NCBI RefSeq assembly: GCF_964188315.1
Contig: NC_135667.1
Location: 25,730,001 to 25,794,000 of the forward strand
From: Podarcis muralis
Taxonomy: Eukaryota
Length of the DNA: 64,000 bases
Direction of reading: 5' to 3'
Below the pieces are notes generated by a model that was not told where the DNA came from, made no database searches, and saw only the letters and a program-made list of their open reading frames with translations. Position numbers and translations under genes: made by a program. This document shows, one piece after another, positions 46,696 through 58,016 of this stretch (its first letter is position 1; each line of letters starts with the position of its first letter).

Positions 46696-47652
46696 TTAAT
46701 AAATTCTATTGAACATTTTAAAGAGTGTTTTCTTTATGGCTTCCTTCACTTCTTTGTTCCTCAAACTGTATACAAGGGGGTTGACTAGGGGAGTGAGCAA
46801 CGTGTAGAACAGAGAGAATACTTTCTTCAAGTCGCTCAACGAATTCATGTTTGGTAAGACATAGACTATCATCAGGGAGCCATAGAAGCAAGCAACCACA
46901 GTCAGGTGAGAGGAGCATGTAGAGAATGCCTTTTGTTTACCAGTGGTGGATGCAATTCTTAAAATGCTGTTGATGATGAAAGCATAAGATGTAAGTGTTA
47001 TTAGAAAGGAAGGCAGGATGCCTATACAGGAGACAATAAAGGATGCAATTTCAACAAAATATGTATCATCACAGGAGAGTCTTATCATTGGGATCAAATC
47101 ACAGAAGAAATGATTGATTTCATTTGGTCCACAGAATCTTAGTTGAGATATCAAAAATATTATAAGACTGATACTCAGTGATCCACTGATCCATGATGCA
47201 GTGATTAGCATGATGCAGATTCTGCTATTCATCAGCAATGCGTAATGCAGTGGTTTGCAAATTGCTAAATAGCGATCATAAGACATCACTGCTAGAAAAT
47301 AGCATTCTGTAGCTGCAAGATAACCAAAGAAATACAGCTGGGCAAAGCATCCGTTAATTGAAATGGTTCTATCCCCAGTCAGAAAACTGACCAGCATCCT
47401 TGGCATGATGGTTGAGCTGTAGCAAGTCTCCAGGCATGACAGGTTTCCCAGGAAGAAATACATGGGTGTGTGAAGATGCTGATTGAGGACTACTAGAATA
47501 ATAATGAGAATGTTTCCAGCCATGGTCACGAGGTAGATAGGAAGAAAAAGTATGGAAAACAATGTCTGTAAGTCCTCATTATTAAAGTCCAAGAGGATGA
47601 ATGCCACAGGAGCTGTTTGATTTTCCTCTTCTGAGTTGACATCTAAGTTCAT
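46696..47652 (-). CDS. Olfactory receptor, OR11A1/OR6-like (318 aa)
   Basis: Intact ORF with all OR motifs. Confidence 0.97.
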   Translation of the reverse strand: MNLDVNSEEENQTAPVAFILLDFNNEDLQTLFSILFLPIYLVTMAGNILIIILVVLNQHLHTPMYFFLGNLSCLETCYSSTIMPRMLVSFLTGDRTISINGCFAQLYFFGYLAATECYFLAVMSYDRYLAICKPLHYALLMNSRICIMLITASWISGSLSISLIIFLISQLRFCGPNEINHFFCDLIPMIRLSCDDTYFVEIASFIVSCIGILPSFLITLTSYAFIINSILRIASTTGKQKAFSTCSSHLTVVACFYGSLMIVYVLPNMNSLSDLKKVFSLFYTLLTPLVNPLVYSLRNKEVKEAIKKTLFKMFNRIY

Positions 47653-47774
47653 CTAAATAATTGCAATAAAAATTAAGAAATATTTAGGCTGAATTATTTG
47701 ATTCATTTGTTGTTTTAATTCAGCATATGCTCAAATATATGAAAGTACGTTTGAGTGTATCTTTAATTATAGTT

Positions 47775-47985
47775 ACAGATAGGTAGGCGTGTTGGTCTGC
47801 CATAGTCAAAACAAACAAAAAAATTCCTTCCAGTAGCACCTTAAAGACCAACTAAGTTAGTTCTTGGTATGAGCTTTCGTGTGCATGCACTTCTTTCGTC
47901 TGAAGAAGTGTGCATGCACACGAAAGCTCATACCAAGAACTAACTTAGTTGGTCTTTAAGGTGCTACTGGAAGGAAATTTTTTTG
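47775..47985. mobile_element. Penelope-like element terminal remnant: fold-back with minimal hammerhead core
   Basis: 67-bp perfect inverted repeat (47824-47890 / 47910-47976), CTGAAGA-A-GTGTGCATGCACAC-GAAA-GC-TC core, and a 15-bp TSD with one mismatch (47760-47774, 47986-48000). Confidence 0.75.
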
Positions 47986-48046
47986 TCTTTAATTATGGTT
48001 GCATTGTTGTACACACTTATTAGGGTATAAGCCCTATTAAATTATA

Positions 48047-48257
48047 CAGTGGTACCTCGGGTTAAGAACTTAAATCATTCCAGAGGTCCGTTCTTAACCT
48101 GAAACTGTACTTAACCTGAACCACCACTTTAGCTAATGGGGGCTCTCACTGCCGCCGCACCGCCGGAGCACAATTTCTGTTCTCATCCTGAAGCAAAGTT
48201 CTTAACCCGAGGTACTATTTCTGGGTTAGCGGAGTCTGTAACTTGAAGGTACCACTG
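48047..48257. mobile_element. Tigger/pogo-like MITE
   Basis: TIRs CAGTGGTACCT / AGGTACCACTG with TA duplication. Confidence 0.85.
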
Positions 48258-48944
48258 TATTACACTTTGGAATCATGCTTAGGATATGTAATTCAGCCAA
48301 TCACATTTCAGGTATATTGCAGTAGTGAAAACAATAATCCAAATAGTACAACGTGTACATGCTGACCTGGAAAAATAAACCTGCTATGATATTTATAATG
48401 TTCTAAATCCGAAGCAGCCACTGTCTCTTCTTGAGATGTTGTTGGACTCTAATTCTTATCAGCTCCCCCTCCCCCTACCAGCATAGTCAATGATAAGAAA
48501 TGATGCAGGTCGGCGGGGGAAAAGAAAGTCCACTTTAAGAATGAGCTGCACAGAGGGCATTTTGCATAGGTGCATCCAAATCAGGGTAGCATTGCTGCTT
48601 TTGCATTCTTTTACTGGTGTCTATTAAGGTAGCCAGTGAAGCAGCACTAAAGAAGAGAACAGAAGGGGAGCAAAATTTCCATTAAAACTGCATAATCTAA
48701 TTTCTATGTAATTTTGAAAGGAATGCAGAAAGAATCAACAGGTGGCCAGTATCTCTGCACAGTCTGCTTTTTGGAAGCTAAGTGCTCATGGGCAACTTCG
48801 AAGTTCCTGTCCTCCCTTCTTACAGTCATTTATTCTTAAGCCTTGAACCAGAGTGTCCTTCAGAGTGATGGACCTATGTAAACTGAGACCCTTGGCCACA
48901 CTAGCTAACTTTCTGCATGGAAATTATAAGTTGCAGACTCCTAA

Positions 48945-49030
48945 GAAATCATAGAATCATAGAATTGACTCTAGTTGTGACCATGGGGGTCATCTAGTCC
49001 AACTCCCTGCAATGCAAGAATCGTCCACCC
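48945..49030 (-). mobile_element. CR1 3' end fragment (another at ~40670-40770)
   Basis: CATAGAATCATAGAAT tail and GGTCATCTAGTCCAAC motif. Confidence 0.6.
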
Positions 49031-49124
49031 AATATGGGGCAAAAATAAAGCAGAAAGTGAGTTCCAAATTTCAGTGGCATCTTGGCTTATTTCCTTTATG
49101 TCTCAGTGAAGACAATCCATCAGA

Positions 49125-49407
49125 GCGCCTTCCTGGTGCTCGGTCTCAGATCCTGCCAACCTAACAGTTTGAAAGCATGTCAAAGTGCAAGTAGATAAAT
49201 AGGTACCGTTCCGTTCCGTTCCGTTCCAGCGGGAAAGTAAACGGCCTTTCTGTGCGCTGCTCTGGTCTGCCAGAAGTGTCTTAGTCATGCTGGCCACATG
49301 ATCCGGAAAAACTGTCTGCGGACAAACGTCTGCTCCCTCGGCCAGTACAGCGAGATGAGTGCTGCAACCCCAGAGTCATTCACAACTGTCAGGGGTGCTT
49401 TACCTTC
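49125..49407 (+). mobile_element. 5'-truncated Sauria SINE with an internal (CCGTT)n expansion
   Basis: CCTGCCAACCTAACAGTTTGAAAGCA...GTGCAAGTAGATAAATAGG core and a TTTACCTT tail. Confidence 0.8.
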
Positions 49408-50489
49408 ACATATGAGAAAATATGTGTGTCTGGTTCTGAATCAGGTGATAAAGAGTTTTCTGGTGTCATTACCTTAAAGCCAGAATGCCCTCAAAACTTG
49501 ATTGCTTGTTGTTTTTCCTATTACAGAAAAAATCTGGATAATGGACTTTATTGCCCAAACAGCTTCTTTAGCACATAACAACTCTCAAACTTATGAAAGG
49601 GGACAATCCTCCAACTAGGGACAATCCTCCAAAAAATCCATCTATCTGAAAGGTTTTCTTGAAGTTTTGGAATCTTCTGTTATAATAAATATGTAGATAG
49701 CTGTCTTCTTCAGAAGTGCCATCCATTACTGAATACAATCTATAACATAAATTAACCTCTCAGTTCAATTTATAAATCAGAAAAAATCTCACTGGAATAT
49801 GAACATGGAGAAGAAAACACAGAAAGCACAAGGGAAATCAATGATTCCCCTTTGATTTCTGGCATATTCTCTTGGGCAATCTGCAATGAATTCCATGTCA
49901 GGAACCATAAAGAAATCTGTTCAAAACTCACATCATCCAATTTAGATCAGGATTCCATCTATGTGAAATCTGTTATTTTTTATGTAAGCCAGGTTGCGCA
50001 AACCAGGCAGAAGCTACTGATCATTCTGCATGTTTAAGATATTTGCTTTACCTTTTTATTTATTTTACTTGCCACTATTCATATCCCACCCCCTGAAAAA
50101 TCTATGGGATCACCATACACCATTGTTCCAACATACATACAGCATACCCACAGCCTGTTCCTTCAGATAATCCATGCAGATAATCTCAGGAAGGAAGTTA
50201 TTGCCCTGTTTGTGCTCATGGAAAGAGGGAATTTATTATCAGATAGGAAATTATTTCCACCACCATCACAATGGTGGGTTTTATCTACTGCAGCACCATA
50301 ACTGGGAATTAACCAATCACCCAGTCACAGTTTCTCAATTTCCCAGTCATAGCTTCAGTTTTCCAAAATTCCACATCAGTTTACAATTTAATTTTAAGAA
50401 GTCTTATTGACAATAGAACTTGTGGACATCCTATGAAACTGATTGTTTGAAGATTGAGGAGAAATAAAAGAAATCACTTCTTTATGAAG

Positions 50490-50750
50490 TGTGTAGTTGC
50501 CTGCTTCCACAGGCTGTGATGATACCCACCAACATGGATGGCTTTAGAAGAGAATTAGACAAATTCATGCTCTGCCTTTCACAGCTTCAGGCAGCAATGC
50601 TTCTGAATGCCACTTGCTAGAAAACACAGGTGGGGTGAATGCTGTTGTGCTTGAATCTTGCTTGGTGGATTCCTACAGGCATCTGGTTAGCCACCGTGAG
50701 AAAAGGATGCTGGACTAGATGCCAAAGGCATGACCCAGCAGGCTCTTCTT
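50490..50750 (+). mobile_element. CR1 3' fragment (duplicated at ~56050-56605)
   Basis: GATGGCTTTAGAAGAGAATTAGACAAATTCATG...GGATGCTGGACTAGATG, CR1 ORF2 end and UTR. Confidence 0.7.
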
Positions 50751-51176
50751 AAAATTATTGAGCATTACTCAAAATACAAACATTTTTAATGCAATTATCT
50801 CTAACATAAACTTTTTCCTAAAGTACCCCTAACATAATGCATATTTTCACTAATATATGCCTTCTTGTATACATTATGTGACATCAGAAGTGCATTGCAA
50901 AATTCAAAGAAGAGAGGATTTTTAAAGATGGCAATGTTTTGGTTCATGTATTATTTCAGAAAGGGTGAATTTGGTAAGTTCACATTTAAATGAGAATCAA
51001 AATGAATTATTCCCTCTCCAAAATTGTGGGACTTTTGAGGGCCAGAAATTAATTTCTTCAGGTCTTGGATCAAACCTTCAAATTTGGGTTTCATCCACCT
51101 CTTGCCTAACTCTAAAAGCCCCAATTCTTAGAAGTCCATAAAGGATTTCCATAAAGTGCCTGTGAATAGTTCAAAG

Positions 51177-51230
<54 letters not shown>
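51177..51230. repeat. (TC)n(TG)n microsatellite
   Basis: Direct reading. Confidence 0.95.
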
Positions 51231-51231
<1 letters not shown>

Positions 51232-52028
51232 TCCTTACCCTAACAGAATGGAGGGAACAGACTCTTGAACCCATTGTCAACAAGGATTTTGGTATTATCC
51301 ATCAGCACTCTTTTTAAGTCTTTAGCAATTTCCCTTCCATTTTCAGAACCACCTATTTTTCATTTTTTCAACCATTTACATACTCTCACATTATTTGACT
51401 TCTCAGTTACTTCTCTTATATGTGTAGGTGCCTGTGTATTTTGTTATGAAAGATTATTATATTATTTCAGAATCACTTAAAAGTTCTTATTCATACTAAT
51501 TTTACACTTAACAGTTGAAAGATCTTAACCTTTCCGACCACACATATTATCAACAAATCATGTGCATTTGTTGCTTGCTTGGGATTACACATTGATCCTC
51601 CCTGCAGTCAAAAAGTCAACAGCAATCTGTATACGCCCCTAAACTTCCTGTTTCTTAGCTACCAAAAGCCAGCTTGAATAGCATCACATATGATAGGCAT
51701 TTAGAATTCTGGAGTTATATGTTACATACTTGGGAACCACCATAGTGCCTGAAACTCTGGAGTCTATATTGGTCACCTTCCTTTGTTATTTCTGGGAAAT
51801 TTTGTGATGTGCTGTGAGATTGTTTTTTTATTTCATTGCAAAACACAGCAAAGCTGCATTCAATAACCAATATGAAACCAAACTATAAAATTCATGTCAA
51901 ATAAAATTATTATTTTTTCAAGGCAGAGGCAAAATACATTAATTAATTACATTAATGACCTGTTTTTGTAAGCATTCATATTGTGAAGCCAATGCAATCA
52001 ATGTTCTTCACACTTTTTGACCTGAATT

Positions 52029-52982
52029 CTAATCAGTTCTCTGAAGCAGCTTGAAAGTTTTCTTTACTGCATCCTTTACCTCCTTGTTCCTCAAACTGTA
52101 TATTATGGGGTTGACCAGTGGGGTGAGCAGAGTGTAGAACAGAGAAAAAAGTTTTTTCAAATAACTCAGTGAACTCATATTTGGTAAGACATAGACTATC
52201 GTCAGTGAACCATAGAAGCAAGCAACCACAGTCAGGTGAGAGGAGCATGTAGAGAATGCCTTTTGTTTACCAGTGGTAGATGGGATTCTTATAATTTTTT
52301 TGATAATGCAAACATAAGATGACACAGTTATTACAAGAGGGGGTAGTATGGCTATAAAGGAGACAATGAACGAAGTCTTTTCAACCAAATCAGTGTCATT
52401 GCAGGAAAGTCTTACCATGGGGGTTAAATCACAGAAAAAATGATTGATTTTGTTGGGCCCACAGAATCTCAGCTGAGACACGAAATATAGTACAATGTTC
52501 ATACCCAAAAAGCCACTGATCCAAGACCCAGCAATGAGCATGATGCAAATTCTGCCATCCATGAGCGTCACGTAATGCAGTGGTCTGCATATTGCTAAAT
52601 AGCGATCATATGACATCACTGCTAGTAAGTAACATTCTGCAGCTGCAAAAGACCCAAAGAAATACAGCTGTGTAAAGCACCCTTTAATAGAAATAGTTCT
52701 GTCTCCAGTCAGAAAACTGACCAGCATCCTTGGCATGATGGTTGAGCTGTAGCAGGTTTCCAGGCAGGACAGGTTTCCCAGGAAGAAATACATGGGTGTG
52801 TGAAGACGCTGATCAAGAATCACTAGAATAACAATGAGGATGTTCCCAGCTATGGTCACAAGGTAAAGAGGCAGAAACAGTATGGAAAATAAAACCCACA
52901 AATCTTCATTATTAAAGTTCAAGAGGATAAACATTATGGGCTCTGTTTGGTTTCCATCTCTATCATTGTTTTTCAGTTGCAT
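52029..52982 (-). CDS. Olfactory receptor, OR11A1/OR6-like (317 aa)
   Basis: Intact ORF; tandem-duplicate sister of 58017. Confidence 0.97.
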   Translation of the reverse strand: MQLKNNDRDGNQTEPIMFILLNFNNEDLWVLFSILFLPLYLVTIAGNILIVILVILDQRLHTPMYFFLGNLSCLETCYSSTIMPRMLVSFLTGDRTISIKGCFTQLYFFGSFAAAECYLLAVMSYDRYLAICRPLHYVTLMDGRICIMLIAGSWISGFLGMNIVLYFVSQLRFCGPNKINHFFCDLTPMVRLSCNDTDLVEKTSFIVSFIAILPPLVITVSSYVCIIKKIIRIPSTTGKQKAFSTCSSHLTVVACFYGSLTIVYVLPNMSSLSYLKKLFSLFYTLLTPLVNPIIYSLRNKEVKDAVKKTFKLLQRTD

Positions 52983-53125
52983 CTATATAAATAAGACAAT
53001 ATCAAGAAAGAATTAGAGTTGAGTATTTGATGTTGAATTCACTTTAATTCATAGGATATTATCAATGACATGCAAGAGGCTGGGGGTTTGTACACAACCC
53101 GCATTTAAGCAAATAAAATTCTCTA

Positions 53126-53383
53126 CAGTGGAACCCCGGGTTGTGAACGTGCTCCATGTGGGAGGCACGTTCGCAACCTGCAGCATTCGCAACCCGCAGC
53201 ACTGTCTGCACACGCGCGTGATGCGATTTGGCACTTCTGCGCATGCACAAAGTGTCATTTAGAGTATCTGTGCATATGTGATCACCAAAACCCGGAAGTA
53301 ACCCGTTCCGGTGCATCCGGGTTTGGCGTGTCCGTAACCCAAAAGCACACAACCCACAGCATTCGCAACACAAGGTATGACTG
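53126..53383. mobile_element. Tigger/pogo-like MITE
   Basis: CAGTGGAACC.../...GGTATGACTG termini with TA duplication. The paralogous site near 59112 is empty. Confidence 0.8.
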
Positions 53384-56094
53384 TATTTCTGTTTCAGGAT
53401 ACATTACAACATTGACAACAATGATTCAGCTATGATATGATTGATGCATGCTATTCACTGCTGTTTTTAGAATTAAATATCTGACACGTTTACAGTGTAA
53501 TCCAATACTGTACAATACATATCTAATGACTTTGAATTCAATGTCAAATTGTGCAGCAGTCGGTAGAGCTTCTAATCCAAAAACAAATCTATCACAATCT
53601 AAGCCACTGGGTGGATGATAGGGGCTGCATAAAGCTTTCGGGGAAGTTTATGTTTCTGAGAGCTAAATAATAATCATAAAAAAGCTGAAATCCTATGTTC
53701 ACTTAACTTGGGCTAAGTCTCAATACTGTTAGCAGAACTTACTATTGAAGAAACTTATAGAGGATTTGCCTGGAAGAGTTTCATGTACCCCTTACCTTGA
53801 AGCCAGAATTCACCAGATTCTTGATGAATTCTGAGTTTTCCTCTGTATCACCCAAAATTGTAGGTCATGGAAATAATTGCACAAGTATCGTTATTTATTT
53901 CCAAAGGGCATCAACTTAAGTATGTCTTGCTAGTAGCATCCATTATGTTTCAATATATATTGCTAAGATTTTGTGACCATCTAGTGCTGCTCTGAAAATG
54001 TGGATACATCTCTTGTGGATATGGGTCAACTGTTGCTGAATGCCATCAAGCTATAGCTTATATTAACATTCACATCTATACATCTGTTTGTAAAATCTCA
54101 AAGGAGAATGAACACAGAGGAGACACCTGATTCATGAGGGAAATTAGTGGCACTAATGCGCCTTGTCCCGGAGGGATTACCCCATGTGCCTGCCCCAGGC
54201 AGTGGGACCTTATACTCTGGCACTGCTGTGAACACAATTTGTTTAAGCTAATTTGTTTATGCTTTGTTTAAGATTGATTAAAACATACAATGTGAAGGGT
54301 TTATTTATATATATAACAGGAAGCATAAGGGTACTGGTTCTAGACAAGAAATGGAGAGTAGCAATCAGTCTCATATGCAAGCCTGGCTTGTCTATGAAGG
54401 ATGTTAAAAAATAGATGCTTTTTATTCCCATGTTGAATTGGGCTAAGGAGGACCAACTATAGGGTTTTCATTGGTTTCCGTTGTCTCTGAAACCAGCAAA
54501 AATGGGTGCAAAAAATGTGTTCAGGAGTGAAAATATTTGCCACATATACATAGCCCCTTACACAGAAAGCCCTTCTCTTCAGATAATCCATTAAGATAAT
54601 AGGAGGGGGGTTCATACCACTGTACTCCCTGTTCAATCAGAAAATGATGAGATGACCAGAGAGATAGTGATTTTCATGTTCATCAGCTCCACCTGCCCCA
54701 GCACTGTGAAGAGGAATGAGCAAAACATTCAGTTTTGGTTTCTGTCAGTTTCTCATTTTTCCATTCTTAACTCCAGTGGCCAAAGCAGTTTGTATTTTAA
54801 AAGCAGAACAAATAATATGTACACATGAAAATGCTTAAGAATTGTAGTGTGTCTCTCTATAAATAAACACATTTTTGCATGCAATCTTCTCTAACATGAC
54901 AGATTTTTACAAAGCACTTTCCTCTCATATAATAAACATTTCCATCTTATTTTTACTAATGAATGCCTTTTTGTACCTATTACTTATTGAAAGGCCTGCA
55001 TTGCAAAATTTGGAGATGTGCTAATTTTGATAGACAGCTACTTTTCAAAAAAAAGTTTCAGTTATCATTATTATTGTTATTATTTATTTAATTTCTATAC
55101 CGCCCTATACCCAAAGGTATATCTGGAAGATTTTTTGACCAACACCTGTAGTGCTGCTCTGAAAATATGGATACATCTCTTGTGGATATGGCTCAGCTAT
55201 TGCTGAATGCCATCAATCTATAGCTTATGTTAACATTGACATGTATCCATCTGCTAAACTGAAGGTGTATATGTTGCATATTGTATGCAGAAAATTCCAC
55301 TTTCAGTTCTTGACATCTGCTGGTAAGTCTTACAGAGAGTCCTGAAATCCATCTATCTCAAAGATTTTCTCAAAGATATTTGAATCTTCTGTTATAATAA
55401 ATATGTAGATAGCTGTCTTCTTCAGAGGTGTCATCCATTACTGAATATAATCTTTAGCATAAATTAACCTCTCAGTTCTATTTATAAGTCTTAAAAATCT
55501 CACTGGGATATGAACATGGAGAAGAAACATAGAAAGCACAAGGGAAATCAATGATTCCCCTTTGATTTCTGGCATATTCTCTTGGGCGATCTGCAATGAA
55601 TTCCATGAAGAAATCTGTTCAAAACTCATATCATCCAATTTAGATCAGGATTCCATCTATGTGAGATCTGTTATTTTTTATGCAAGCCTGGTTGCTCAAA
55701 CCAGGCAGAAGCTACTAATCATTCTGCATGTTTAAGATATTTCCTTTACCTTTTTATTTAATTTACTTGCCACTATTCATATTCCACCCACCCCCAAAAA
55801 ACCTATGGGATGACCATACACTATTGTTCAAACATACATAAAGCATCCCGTACCTTCAGAAAATCCATGCAGATAATCTGAGAAAGGAAGATATTGCCCT
55901 GTTGTGCTCTGGAAAGAGGGAGTTGATGATCAGATAGGAAATGATTTTCATATCCATCACAGTCCTATTCACAATCGAACTTGCAGACAACCAATGATGC
56001 TGAATGTTTGAAGATTCAGGAGAAATAGAAGAAAGCACTTTTGATGCAGTTTGTAGTTACTCGCTCCCACAGGATGCAGTGATACCTACCAACA

Positions 56095-56392
56095 TGTTGA
56101 CGCATGAGCATCTACTTTTGGCTTGTATTCTTTTTCAGGCTTGCAACAGTTTCCTTTTTGCAGAAAATCTTTATGATTTACAAAAATTTACACTGGTCAA
56201 ATAAAACAAATAAAATTGCCTCTCCTCTAGGCATCCGATTCCGAGACTGAATTGCTGATTCATTTCCAACACACTGACTGACCTTTATTGACCACATGCC
56301 CTTAATAAAGGCACCTGTTGCTGGGGAGAAATTCTGTTGCCTAGCAACCTGTTCAAGATCAATTCTCAAGTTCTTTCTGGAATATTCCAACA
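56095..56392. mobile_element. Solo LTR (298 bp)
   Basis: TGTTG...CAACA termini with a 5-bp TSD CAACA (56090-56094, 56393-56397). The paralogous CR1 site near 50530 is empty. Confidence 0.8.
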
Positions 56393-57042
56393 CAACACAG
56401 ATGGCTTTAGAAGTGAATTAGACGAATTCATGCTCTGCCTTTCACAGTTGGAGGCAGAAATGCTTCTGAATACCATTTGCTAGAAAACACAGGTGGGGTG
56501 AATGCTGTTGTGCTTGAATCTTGCTTGGTGGAGAACACCAAGCTTGCACCGTGAGAACAGGATGCTGGACTGGATGCCAAAGGCCTGACCCAGCAGGCTC
56601 TTCTTAAAATTATTGAGCATTACTCAAAATACAAAATTTTTTAATGCAATTATCTCTAACATAAACTTTTTTCTAAAGTAATTACCCCTAACATAACACA
56701 TATTTTCACTAATATACGCCTTCTTGTATACATTATGTGACGTCAGAAGTGCATTGCAAAATTCAGAGAAGGGAGGATTTTTAAAGATGGCAATGTTTTG
56801 GTTCATGTATTATTTCAGAAAGGGTGAATTTGGTACGTTCACATTTAAATGAGAATCAAAATGAATCATTCCCTCTCCAAAATTGTGGGACTTTTGAGGG
56901 CCAGAAATAAATTGCTTCAGGTCTTGGATCAAATTGCAAATTTGGGTCTCAGCTACCCATTTCCCCACTCTAAAACACCCAATTCTAGAAGTCAACAGTT
57001 CAAAACAATTTCCATAAAGTGCCTGAGAATAGTTCAAAGACA

Positions 57043-57092
57043 CTGTGTGTGTGTGTGTGTGTGTGTGTCTGTGTGTGTGTCTCTGTGTGTGT
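57043..57092. repeat. (TG)n compound microsatellite
   Basis: Direct reading. Confidence 0.95.
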
Positions 57093-58016
57093 ATCATAGC
57101 TGTCAATGTTTCCCTTTTTTAAAGGGAAATTCCATTATTCCGAATAGGATTCCAAGCAAGAAAAGGAAAAAGTTGCAGCTATGGTGTTTATTCCTTAGCC
57201 TACTACAGAATGGAGAGAACAGACCCTTGAACCCATTGTTTACAAGGAGTTTGGTCTGATCCATCAGCGCTCTTCTTATGTCTTTAGTAATTTCCCTTCC
57301 ATTTCCAGTATCACCTATTTTCATGTTTCAACCATTTACAAGTTCTCAGATTATTTGACCTCTCAATCTCTTCTCCTATATGTGTAGGTGCCTGTGTATT
57401 TTGTTATGAAAGATTATTGTATTATTTCAGAATCACTTAAAAGTTCTTATTCGTACTAATTTTCCTCCTTTATTTTACATTTAACAGTTGACAGATCTTA
57501 ACCTTTCCGACCACACATATTGTCAACAAATGATGTGCATTTGTTGCTTGCTTGGAATTACACATTGATCCTTCCTGCAGTCAAAAAGTCAACAGCAATC
57601 TGTATATGCCCCTAAATTTTCTGTTTCTTAGCTGCCAAAAGCCAGCTTGAATAGCATCACATACGATAGGCATTTAGAATTCTGGAGTTATATGTTACAT
57701 ACTTGGGAGCCATCATAGTGCCTGAAACTCTGGAGTCTATTGGTCACGTTCCTTTGTTATTTCTGGGAAATTTTGTGACGTGCTGTGAGATTGTTTCTTT
57801 CTTTCATTGCAAAACAGAGCAATGCTGCATTCAATAACTAATATGAAACCAAAGTGTAAAATTCATGTCAAATAATTTTTTTAAAAAAAATTTCTTCCTT
57901 GATAAACAAAGCAGAGGCAAAATACATTAATTAATTACATTAATAACCTGTTTTTGTAAGCATTCATATTGTGAAGCCAATGCAGTCAATGTTCTCCACA
58001 CTTTTTGACCTAAATT

